DNA of 64,000 bases from Bilabrum cf. latius (Eukaryota): assembly GCA_965178125.1 (NCBI GenBank), contig OZ237769.1, positions 434,001 to 498,000 of the forward strand, given 5' to 3'. The notes below the pieces were generated by a model. That model did not search any database, was not told where the DNA came from, and saw nothing but the letters and a program-made list of their open reading frames with translations. Shown here in pieces: positions 1 through 11,444 of this stretch (positions are counted from its first letter, which is position 1; every line of letters begins with the position of its first letter). Made by a program: the position numbers and the translations under genes.

Positions 1-69
1 GTTTTGCACGAGGTTCAGCGGCAGGTGCGTGAAATCCGTGAAAACCTCGAGCAGTTGAAGTAGGGGTGA
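1..69 (+). CDS. 3' end of an upstream gene (coiled-coil-like, ...VLHEVQRQVREIRENLEQLK[TAG=Q]G-stop)
   Basis: Frame 1 is open from the window start, with TAG at 61-63 and TGA at 67-69. Helical, protein-like composition. Confidence 0.5.
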
Positions 70-192
70 ATCTTAAACTGCAATTGCACCTTGTCCCAAA
101 GCCAAAACAAAAATGCAGTGATCAGGGAACCTTCCACGTGGGAACGTGAGGAACTCCGGTCAGCACTGCAACTGCATTTTGCAATTGAAAGC

Positions 193-3100
193 ATGGCCGG
201 AAGTCCTGGCCGCCCTGCTTCTCTGACGCCCGCACTTATCGTCCCAATATTATAGCAACTTGGGAATGAGAACAAATCAGTTCGTGATAAAGCCGGAGAA
301 AAGTTGGTGCAGGTGAGCTTTGGTTGACTTTATGTCGCACAGTGTGCGAGAACTGTCCTTGGGGCAGCCCAACTGCTGATATCTTGTATTGATTTAATTG
401 TGCCTTGCCATGCAGGGAAGAGAAATTCCAGGGTATCTCCCGTCGCTCATTCAGGTCGCCTCCAAGAAAGACATGGATGTTACCGTGCGAACGCAAGCGG
501 CTATCGCTGTCGGCGAATGCTGCAAAAAATTGTGGGCAGAGACCGACCCGAGATCTATGAAAATTGCGGCTAGCGATCTGGATACCGTTCGACGAAACAT
601 CATTCCTGCCACGCTCGGAATCAACGAGTTCTAGATTGTGCGCCTGCTCGGCAGCGGCGTCGCTGAAATATTTCTGAACGACTATCAGACGCACCCAGCA
701 GCCTCAGTCATGCCAGAACAGATCAGAGACGGAATCATGAGCCGAGACTCTACCCGCATCCGGAACAGCACGCTCGTGTGGTTCGACATGTGCAAGCATT
801 ACTCCACCAAGGGCTACGATGGCCCCGAACGACGCGCCATGCAGGACTTCAAGCGCGGCCCCATGGATCCCACCCGGTCCAAGTTTGACAAGGGCATCGA
901 GGTCGTGAACCCGGTCCTTCTAAGACTCGCGCAGTCCGCCTACAGCGCCATGTCTCCAGACAGCTGGCTCGTCCTCCGCTACTGCATCAAGGCATTCAGG
1001 CGATCCACGCAAAGCACCGTCTCGGGGCCGTACCTCACGCCGGAAGGATGCAAGGACTGGCTGCAGCTCTGCGTGCGGATCTGCAAGCTGCCCTTGCCCG
1101 AGCCGGGTGAGCCAGGCACCCCTTCGGGCCAGCCCACGGACCCTGCGGCACGGAGGCACTGGCCATTCTGGAAGGCGAAGAAATGGGCACTGCGGACGGG
1201 AGTGCACTTCATGAACCGGTTTGGAAGCGGGCCGGACATCATCCGCTACGATGTGCACAAGGTGAGAGAGAGAGAAAGAGGCAGGGTCTGGGCACTGCTG
1301 GAACAGAACTGCTTCGCTTCCTGCGGCTCACAATCGGCCCCCCCTCGTTTTCGGTCTGTGTCCCACTGCCACCCACTGCTGTCCGCTGAGATCGCATGCC
1401 CTGCGCTTTTCGTCCCTGTCCGATACCGCCACTGCAGGCATTCATGAAACCGGTGGAAAACGTCATCGGGCCTGCTTTTACAGAGAGTGCTTTGGGTCTC
1501 CTTGCAAGGCGAGGCAACGGGAAGTTCCTGCCGGAACGGCTGCAGACGTTCTGCCTCGAGGCCATTCGGCAGGGAACTGCACCGGAGAAGACCTGGAGCA
1601 TGATCAAGCCCGCCCTCCCGATGATCATGACAAAGTTCTTGCCTGTAGCGATCGGGTTCTCGGGCGATGCTGCCGACCTGTGGAAGGAAGACCCGCTCAG
1701 GTACGTCTCCGAGATTGTCAGCGAGGACGCAACCACGCAGATCGACAGGGTGTCTATCGCGGTGACCATCAAGGCGATGCTCCGGATGCGAGGGGGATAC
1801 ATCGCACCCCTCATGCTCAACTGGGTCATCGGCCAGTTCAAGCAGGTCAAGTCCATGCCTTTGGGAGGGCCGCAGGCAGTCCGATTGGTGTCCCTCCTGG
1901 GCTACGTGGACATCCTTGCCGAGTACCTCGTCAAGTACAGGAAGAAGTACGCTGCCGCCACCGAGCCAGTCCTCACGATGGGCATCATGCCGTGCATCAG
2001 GCACCCAGCCCCGTTCGTCAGGGCGCATGCCTGCAACACCTTCGCGAGCTACGCTGGTTTCCCGTGGAAGCCTCAGCCTCTTGCCACCGGTACGACTGCG
2101 GTGCTGGGCTTGCTGGACGACAAGGAACTCGCCGTGAGGCTCGCGGCGGTGATCGGGCTGAGGGCACTCACGCGGGTGAAGCGAGGGGCGGACGTGCTTA
2201 AGCCGCACGCGGTGCGGGTGGTGGGCGTGGTGATCATGGCTATGCAGAAGATGCCCGTGAACGACGACGTGGTGGACACTCTGGTTGCGCTCATCAGGCG
2301 ATTTTCCACGGAGGTGCAGCCCAAGGCGCTCGACCTCATGAAGATGCTCGTGTCATCCTCGCGACGGTTCATGGCCAGGGCTGCCTCGGGCAAGGACGAC
2401 GACAGAGAGGCCGACATCGCGGAGATGGCCCAGGAACGTGCCATCCAGGCCATGACGAAGCTGATCCGTGGCATGCCAGTGGACAGCCCTGTTGTGCCTG
2501 CATTGGAGCGAGAGATCGCGCCGATGGTGTCAATGCTCCTGCGGTACGATGGGTACGCAATGGAGTTTGCAGACGTGGCGTCGGACATCGTGATGGCCAT
2601 GGTGACTCGTCACACTGCGGAGACCATGACGCCCGCATGCTTGGCGCTGGTAGATGACCTCATCCTCGCTGTCATGAACTTCCTGCCCGACTACATTGAG
2701 ATTATTTCCAAGGTCATCAGGCCGCTTGCAGCTCGTGCGCCGTGGGCAGTGGCAGCCGCGCCCTCCACGCAGGCAGGCAAGACACGCCTGCAGTTGCTGT
2801 GGGAGTGCGTTCAGAAAGTCTGCAACGTTGGCATTGAGGACTGCGGTCAGGCCATGCGGGTCATACAGTACGTGATCGGGGTAGGCAGGGGCCACTGCGA
2901 CGATTTTGTCAGGAGCGCACTCTTGCCCAAGGCCATCAGCATGATGTCGAAAGCTGACGCGCACCCCAAGATCAAGTCAATCTTCAGCGGCGTGGCCTCT
3001 GCCTGTTTCCTCTACAACCCCACCATGGCTCTGGAATCCATGGAGAAATCCAAGTCTACTCTCCTGTGGGTGCAGTGCATGAGCAAGATGATCGACCCCG

Positions 3101-4038
3101 ACGCGTTCGCTTCCCACGACACCATGAAGACCAACACCATCGCGCTCGCCAGGCTCCTCACGATGGTGCCCAAGGCACCGCCCTCGGTGATGCAGCAGCT
3201 CCCCAGGGTGTTTGGCACGCTCGTCTAGATGGTCGAGTTCAAGATGGAGCAGGGGGAGCACGAGGACGCCGACGCTGAGGTGGAGAGGGCCGGTGGCATC
3301 CCCGGTGGCTATGAGGAGGACGCCGAGGGCGACGACGAAAAGGCCGCCGGTGGGGATGCGCCGGATCCCTTGGATGCCGAGCACGCTGCTCTGCTCAAGG
3401 AGGCACGCGAGATGCTGGGCATGAGCGGTGGCGGTTCTGGCGTGGCGCTTGCTTCGATCGAGAGGGCGGGTGACTCGGACGAAGAGGAGGAGGAAGAAGG
3501 GACGGAGTTCGGTCAAGCGAGCATCGACTACAGAAAGTGGGGGGACGGGGACACGGAGGGCAACGCATTCGATGCCGACCTGGATCCCATCCTGATGGCA
3601 ACCGAGTTTGACATGGACTACATCGACTTCAACGGACACAAACCCGCATGCGATCTGTTCGAGGTCGAGCCAGTGTTCAGAACATGCAACCTGCTGGCCA
3701 TGCAAGCTTGCATGAGTAACCTTAGGCAGATGGGACCCGACAGGATGCGGGCGCTCGTCTCGACCCTGCCAGAGTAGCAGAGGAGCCACCTCGATGAGTA
3801 CGCGGAGATGGCCGAGCAGCGCCGCGCTGATTGCGACAAGTCTGCGTTGGGCCAGCTGGCTAGAGGTGTCATGGGACCGGACGGCGGGCTCGCCCCGTTC
3901 CAAGCCAGCCGACCCAGCAAGCCCCCGCCGGCACCTGCCAAGATCCCGACCTTCGACATTGAGACATATCTCAAGGAGGGCAGGATCGTCCCGCCCAAGG
4001 CGCCGGTTGACGACCATGGGGGTGTGAGCTTCTCTTGA
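193..4038 (+). CDS. IPO7: Importin-7/8 (Nmd5/Sxm1/SAD2-like) beta-karyopherin; exons 193-312, 416-1261, 1438-4038
   Basis: Importin N-terminal region (PGYLPSLIQ...VRTQAAI), WPFWKAKKWAL motif resembling the IPO7 WWKCKKWAL motif, acidic loop, and C-terminal AEQRRA. Both introns are phase 0 GT..AG. In-frame TAG at 253, 632, 3226 and 3775. Ends TGA. Confidence 0.85.
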
Positions 4039-4682
4039 TCTGTACTGGCTCGTATCCGGGATCGGTAGCACTTGTACGGCAACCGATGGAATATCCGGTG
4101 AGGAATGGTTAGAGCAATTGTCGTTTGCAGTGTGAACTTGACACAAGGGCTTCACACTGCACTTCACTGTCAAACTAGAACTTTTATCAGCAATCCATGG
4201 ATCTGACAGATCCAATGTGACAAGATCCATTGTGGATTGTGTTGCTTGGCGATTGGAGCCGTAAATGGGGCAGGGCGATCTGGATGTGGACCAGATCTTT
4301 AATGGACAGCCCAATCTAGGAATTGATGAAGTAGGTAGCATATGTATACATTTCTATCCGTGAGAGTGGTAGCCTGCATCCGGATCCGGGCATCGAGTTG
4401 ACTAAATCTAGTTTACGAAAGCACTTGGATGACACCCGTAGTGGCAAAAAAACGCATAGCTACCATCCGAATCTGGTCCTATAGCGGTTCGTGACCGTGG
4501 GGCTGCAGCGCTGCGGTCAACTTGTTTGTGCCACCCGCTGGTAGTCCTACCACCGTATCCACCTTTCCCACCCTTCCCCCGTCCTTCCTTTGCTTGCTAC
4601 CCCTACTACATCACGCCACAGCTGTCGACTCGCCCAAACACTGCGTCCAGCGCGCGACCTTACCCACAAAGGTGCGCGCCCA

Positions 4683-7448
4683 TCACGCGCCGGTAGGCCG
4701 CTCACTTTCTTGCAATTTGATGTACTGGTCCCACGTTGTACCTCGGCCTGCAAACTTCGGTGAGTCTACGACCGTTTGGCAAAGTAGCAGATCCGCAGGC
4801 TACTCGGTACGATGAAATGAGAGCCGTGGTAAAGACTACTGCTCCTGATTCACAACTTCGATGCTGGACGCCAATGGCTCAAAGGTATACTCATCGACCG
4901 TCCACGGCAGGATGGCAGACTCAGGGTGCAGCTCATTGTGCTCACGCACGGCTCTCATCGCACCCTTCGAGAAGCCATGTGCCGACACCACCAAACGCAA
5001 GTGGGGCTGGTTGCTGTATGCAAGCTCAGAGTCGAGGACTGCGGCACGAGCGGCATGCTGCTAGTACATACTCTCCTTTGCCCTCGACAGACCCTGCCAG
5101 CCGATGGTGCAGCTTGCTACAGCGTCAGCAAAAGAACCATTGCCTGACATCACCTGGATCCCGATCGGGCTGCCAGTCTCTGTGCGCATGAAGAGGCCCA
5201 TCCCTGAGTGCTCGTCGAACGAGTGCCATACTACTCGGGGATCTGCGGTACAGCTCCAGTCGTCAAGCTGCAATGTTCCCGAAGACTTCTTAAGCACTGG
5301 TGCCGCATGCCTGACATCGATCATGGTGCTTTCGAGATGGCTTTCGATGCTTTCCATTGCTTCGCTGGCGACACCGTGCCCCAGCAGATCCAGCAAGCCC
5401 ACGGGGCCATTAGAGCATTCCCGCAACAAGACCCAGGCCACTGCTTTCCGCACTAGTTCATCGGTCCGAGCAGCATCGTTCGCCACTTCGGCAGCCCAGC
5501 GTTGCAGCATGAAGTCCCACCCTGAAAATGGATATTTTCGTATCCAAGCTTGCCTACCATCTTCTTCCACGGCCTGGATCGCCACTGCCTCCTGCATGAC
5601 TCTGTCTGGGTCCCTCTACGAATCCCAGACGAAGACACCAAGCTTGACCGCTTCTTGCATGGCTTCCGTATCCACGACCAGCTTGGATCGATCCCTAGGA
5701 TTGCCACTCTCGTCGTGCACACGCTTTCTGATCGGTTGCAACTCACCGTCAAGGAACACGCCACTCACCACGCTATTCAGCCTTGGATTCCCGTACTCAT
5801 CACTTGTTCCTCCTAAAAATTTATGAAAGCAAGAACGATAGCTTGACCTGATCGTTTCTTGAGTGTGGGGAAGTTCCGAAAGCAGTGCTGCAATCATCCT
5901 GCGAGCTGTCTGGCATTTGGTCCCCGCTTCATCTGAAGACACCACTGGCATATCAATAATGTTCCGCGAGCTCAGAGCACGGTTTACTGCACAACGCAAC
6001 AAGTCGTCAAAGAAGAAAATTGGTCTACCTTCCAGCTCGCGCAGACCTGTCAAGCACTCCGGTGGCGTATCTGGCAATGTTGGCACGTGTGACTTCAACA
6101 AAGTCCAGAACTGCTCCATGCTGATGAAGTCTGCGTTCGTGAACATCTGTACACGACCGCAAAAGGGCGATGACGCATCCTCCAGTTGTTCTTGTACTTC
6201 ATAATCGTGCCCCAGTAGGGCAAATGAGATTCTTTTGTCTACAAATGACTTGGCAGCAAATGACAAGCACCGGATCCATGAGTCCTCGTGGCCCGTCCTA
6301 GTTTTAAGCGTCCGCGTGACCAGCCCATGCGTTCCATCCACAGCTATCAGAACCGGATTGCTTGGACCCGGTGCAATGCCGCAGCAGTCCTTGATGGATG
6401 CTTCCAAGCGTTCAACAGCGTTGGTGCAGTACTCGTGCACGTGACTGCGTAGCTGCGCAAGACCGAGGGAGTTGTGGATCAGCTGTAGTGCAGCCAGCCG
6501 TTGCTCCACGACCTATGAAATCAGACGCGGCCCAGACTGAGAGATTGCGCAAAATTGTAACGCAATCATGGTCTCGTTGTACGACCGTGTCTTCCCGTCG
6601 GTAGCGAGTCGCTCGAGAACTGCAGCTGTCCACTCGATGTGAGCCCCAATGAGAACTTCAAAGTAGCACCCGCGCAAGGATTCCAGGCATGGCTTGATGC
6701 CATTGGAGGTTTCCATACTCTCAGCTAAGATCTTTTCGTCCTGCAGGGAATCATAATGCGCCGCTTGGAGAGCTTTGAATGGTATAGACAAGCCACCCAT
6801 CCAATCCGGATTCTTTGCATTGATGACGATGGCAGGGATGCCGTCAACCAATGAAGCATCCACGGGTAGCTTAGATTTGCCCGAGCCACTGGCTTGTACA
6901 ACCATAATTATGCTCCTTTTGGACGGATCGTCATCCTACACAGATGCTCGGACGGTCAGTGCAAACTCTCGTGCTCTGGACCCGACGGGGTCTACCATCT
7001 CTGGAAGAAAATATGGACGCATTTCGGCAAGCGCATCCTCTATAGAGTTTACACAGCCGCCGCTGGAATTGATATACCGATCAACATCAGCGTACATCAT
7101 TCGGGGAAATGGCTTTGCAAGCTTGGGCATCATCTTGCGCTGCTCACTCAGATTCATCGCAGAGCGCTCCGAACTTTGAATCACTGAAACCTGCCACTCA
7201 ACGCCGCTGGCAGACTGTGCGGACATCTTCAAGCGAAAAAAATCATCCACAAGTTGTGTGTCAGCTTCTTCCGATCTGAGCCGCGACCTGTTATCTTCAG
7301 CACATTTTTCTGCCCTCAAAAGTGTGTTCTCCTCTGAAGTGACCATGAATCTGACAGATCCAGCAGGATGAGATAGCGTTAGAGCAAAATTGAAATTTTT
7401 CACGAAGAATGGAGTACCAACCCAGGGTCGGACGGCGCGCTATTCCAT
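4683..7448 (-). CDS. P-loop NTPase, Crinkler/RHS-type effector-like (about 920 aa, start uncertain)
   Basis: Four ORFs in one frame joined by TAG (7440, 6936, 6513, 5616, 5061 and two more). Walker A-like VVQASGSGKSKL and Walker B-like VLIAVDG. Ends TGA at 4683. No intron needed. Lower GC than its neighbours. Confidence 0.6.
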
Positions 7449-8003
7449 TGGAGATGCTCTGGAGCATGAACACGAACGGAGAGCTTTGAGAGCTGCAAAT
7501 TGCATTTGCTTGGCTCGATTCGCAATGCGCATGCTGCTCAAATTATTAGACAAAGGCAGAATTGCGTATGAACGAACATGCAGGAAAAGTGAGGAGCACA
7601 CGGGGTTCCTGAGCAACTCTTGCTGCCAGCTCGAAACCCAGTTAGCAGCCCCCTTCCAGAGGGAGAAGAACGATAAAACAAATTTATCGGGTTTGAGGGT
7701 ATCTCACTTTGTAGTTATTGGAGATACTTTAGCTATGTGTTTCTGCCACGGTGCTCGACTCCAGAATACCAGAATAATTTGTAGGGTAAAGAAACCACAC
7801 AAAGCACGGATAGGAGCGTAGAGGCCCCAGTCCACCACTCCCCAGCAATTGATGTGTTGCGTGCCCTTGCAGTGATGAATTCGTATATTTCAATGACCGG
7901 TGCAAAATTACAGTTGGCACAAGGTTGACACTATCTATGCTAGAGTGGGATGCGACTTGCCAAAGATGGCCGCAAGTCCTTGCCACCGGGCCAAGCGCTA
8001 CAC

Positions 8004-11000
8004 TTATAGACCGAGCATGGCCCGAGACTGCGCCACGATCTGGCTCACGTTGGCCGGGCCCCTCACGGTCGAGCCCAGGTCCATGCCCAGCGCCTGCCAC
8101 TGGGCCAACGAAAACTCCTTGCCGCCGCATTTAATTGTCACGTTGGAGTTGTCCGTGTGGAATAGGTTGTCACGAGGGAGCGGCACCAGGTCGAAAGGGT
8201 CGCTGGGATCGCATGACCCGAACTCATAAATGTCGCTGCTGTGGATGAAGCACGTGTTATTGGCGTAAAGCTCGGCAAAACCGCTGTCCCCGCGTGCCTG
8301 GCCGTCGCTGTTGGCGCAGAAGGGCTTGGTGAAAAACCCTCCCACGCCACTGCCAGCTACATCCCCGCCACTGGCAGTGGACTCGCTCGATCCATCGTAC
8401 CATCCAAGCCCAAGGCGCTCCGCAGCCGCGACGGCAGACCGCATGGGCGGAGGCGGTGCGCGGACAGCGTCGGGGTACACGTAGATGTTCCCCACGGAGC
8501 GCTTGCCCCAGCCCAGGTAGTTCTTGAAGCCCCCCCACGCCATCACGTTCCCGCTCTGCACGTACAGTGAGCTCCCGTCGTCCTGATCCAGTGGCCACAC
8601 GCTGTGGTAGTTCGTGAGGAGCAGATTGCCCTTAAAATGCGACCACGAGGAGTGCGCCGTGGGTGCCTGTGGCGCCTCTCCGTTGACGGGGGGCAGCGAC
8701 ACGTTCTGGCGGTTCTGAGCCGGGGGAGCGAAGGTGACGTAGGGCGCACGTCCCCAGGAGTTGAAGGGCCCGTTGTCTGCCGTGGACCGGACCGCGTTGA
8801 ATGCGATCGAGTGCTGGAGCGTCTGGTTGCCGTACATGCCGTCGCTGCGATACGGAAGGCACAGGAACAAGCAAAGGGGGGAGGCGTGATCCGTGGGGAT
8901 GCATTATCGAGAAGACAACGGGCTGGGGCAAGGAAGGAGCAAGCAAAGCTCGCCGTCGATCGAGCGATTCACGCCATGTGCAAGCATTGACCTGCACAGT
9001 TGGGGAGTGATCTTGCAGCCCGCACCATGGGCTTGACCAGAGGCTAAGCCACTGAGTACGTCTCGTGCCATGACGGTGGAGAAAGCACCCAACGCAATCG
9101 ACAACCACACAACAAGCAACAGCAACAAGCAACAACAGCATAGTCTCACTTCCAGTTGATGGCCGCCCGCGGCGTGTTGAAGAACACGCAGCTATCGATC
9201 GTGCTACTGGCAGACAGAGCCTGGAAATAAGGCCCGGACTGCTGCTGGAACACGCCCGTCTCATGCACAAGCGCCCGCCTCACCACAGTGCCCCTGGGCT
9301 AGGTGCCCCCAGTCGCATCTGCCAGCTCCGTGTCCCCCAGCAGCACGATCCCAGAGGCCCCGGACCACTGCACCTCGACATCCTCGATCACTGCACCCCG
9401 GGCATACCCGGAGACCATCACGGCGTTGCCACCCACGCTGCGGAAGTATGCCCCGGACAGCGTGAATCCCTCCACTCCCTCCGCATGCAGCGCCGCACCG
9501 CGGTGCACGGCCCAGTCCCCCCCAGACGGCACCATGTGGGGATCCATCGACGTGGACTCTGCGTGTGCGAACTCGATGCCCGCGATGGTCACGTCCTGCA
9601 CGGGCGAGTGCTTGGATCCACCGATGGAGAGGAGGGTCTTGAGGCCCCCTGCCACGTAGCCAGGCGTGTCGGCGGGAGATGCCGTCGTGTTCTCGTACAC
9701 GTACAGCTCCTTGTTCCCTGAGTCGTAGTACCACTCCCCGGGGGAATCCAGCTCGGCGAGCACCCCGGAAATGTACCACTCGGCGCCGTGGCTGCACCCC
9801 CTGGCCTCCTGAAAGCCGCCCTCCGCGAACTTGATCGTGTCGGTGGACTCGTCCACGGAGGCCACGCTGAAGATCCAGCCGCCCCAGTGGCCGCAGTGGT
9901 ACGTGTGCAGCCACGCGTCGCTTGCGTCGCTGCCGCTCCACTTCTTGTCTGTCCAGGTGGCATCGTCCCACACCATTCCCGTGGTGATCTCGTACGTCGA
10001 GCCGCCTCCCCCGCTCGGATGAGCCAGAGCCCACCGGCTCCGAGGCGGGTCAAAGAAGCGGCCGGCGCCGCCCACGCCGATGCCGTACTGGGGAAAATGG
10101 GTACCGTTCAGCTGGGGGGTGGCCAAAGTGACCTCCGTGGCAGCGGGCACTTTGGCAGGTGGCAGCCAGCCCTTGGCCGCCGAGACGTACCCGGTGCCAG
10201 GCACAGTCCAGAGGCCGTTCGTCTCGGGGTTACCGGAGGGGTACCTGGCGTGCTGCAGCCTGCGGCCTTGCTCTGCGAGCGTGCTGGTGCTCCCCGCAGG
10301 CACTGAAGATGAAGATGAAGAGGAAGAGGACGGCGGCTCTGCCCTCCAGAGCTGCCTTGGGGTGCTGTCGCCGAGGTCAACGGACGCCTTGAACACGTTG
10401 AATCTCTGGCCCGAGACGTGCCCGCTTTGCTGCTGGGCGAGCCACTGCCCGTCGGTTCGGAAGTAGCATTTGTTCGCGAATGCGCCCTGGTTCTGGTCGT
10501 GCCACGTGTAGGAGGTGCAGGTCGAGTTGCCTTCGCACACGGCTGCGCAATCGGCAGCGGTGCTCGTCTGCCCGCCGTACACGATTCCACTCGATTCGAT
10601 AGTCCCATTTGCGTAAATTTCATCGAAGACCCCGTTGATTCCCGTCAGCTGGGCGCCCATCCCTTGCTGGACGGGAGACCATTGCAGACCTTTCACGGGC
10701 CTGCCGCCGCTCACAATGACGCGCTCGCCAGGGGCGGCCGCAATCGTGAGTCTCGAATCGTCCTGGCCTAACTCAATGGTGTTTTCCAAAAAGTACTCCC
10801 CCCCATGAACAATGATGGCCCTGAAGCTGCTGCTGCTTCCCACTGCGGCAGCCCTGCTGACTCCAACCGCACGCGCAATCGACTTGCACGGGGCTGCTTC
10901 AGTGCAGTTTACGCTGCCATCATTGCCGTGGGTGCCATCCACGAAGTAAATAGCTGCATTGTTGGCCTTCGCCTCGCTTATGGCTGCTGTGGAGGCGTCG

Positions 11001-11284
11001 CTTGCCGTCTTTGCTCGAGAGGCGGCAGTGTCATCTGTAGGTTCTGGTAATTGGCACAACGAAGAGAGCTCAAGCGCATCCCACACATCGCGAAGATTAC
11101 CGCGGCTAGGAAGGCGATCTCTTGCGTACGAGTAGGTCAAATTTCGCATCGCGCAGTCGATCTCGCGCTCAATCCCAACCCCCGGTGCGTCGAGCGGTCG
11201 GGCGGGCTGGATCATGCCCTGCATGCCGGATGCAGCAAACGCTACCGGCACACAAGCAATCAAAAAAATGTAGACCTATTTCAT
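8004..11284 (-). CDS. Secreted right-handed beta-helix (pectin-lyase fold) protein with PAN/Apple module; exons 11284-9150, 8844-8004
   Basis: Signal peptide MK[TAG]VYIFLIACVPVAFAAS. Motifs GGEYFL, ELDSPGEWYYD, VPSGGDWAVHRGAA, GGT[TAG]PRG, NDG...DNGPFNSW. PAN-like CAAVCEGNSTCTSYTW...CY. GTGAGA..CGCAG intron. Ends TAA. Confidence 0.8.
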
Positions 11285-11444
11285 GCAAATGCTGGTGCAA
11301 CTGGAGTGGGGTATGCTGTAGGGGGCTTCTTTCGCCCATTCGGATGACGGTTCGCTGTGATTCGTTGGCCATCCACTCCCCAAACCCGCACACCAAAGCT
11401 GCATCTCGCAACCATTTGGACATTTTGATCGATAGGGCGCAGTA

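Noticed and set aside
2977-4341. Long antisense ORFs (also 5104-5826, 40816-41958, 54400-55338 and others)
   Set aside because: They are shadows of GC-rich coding sequence on the opposite strand with no recognisable motifs.
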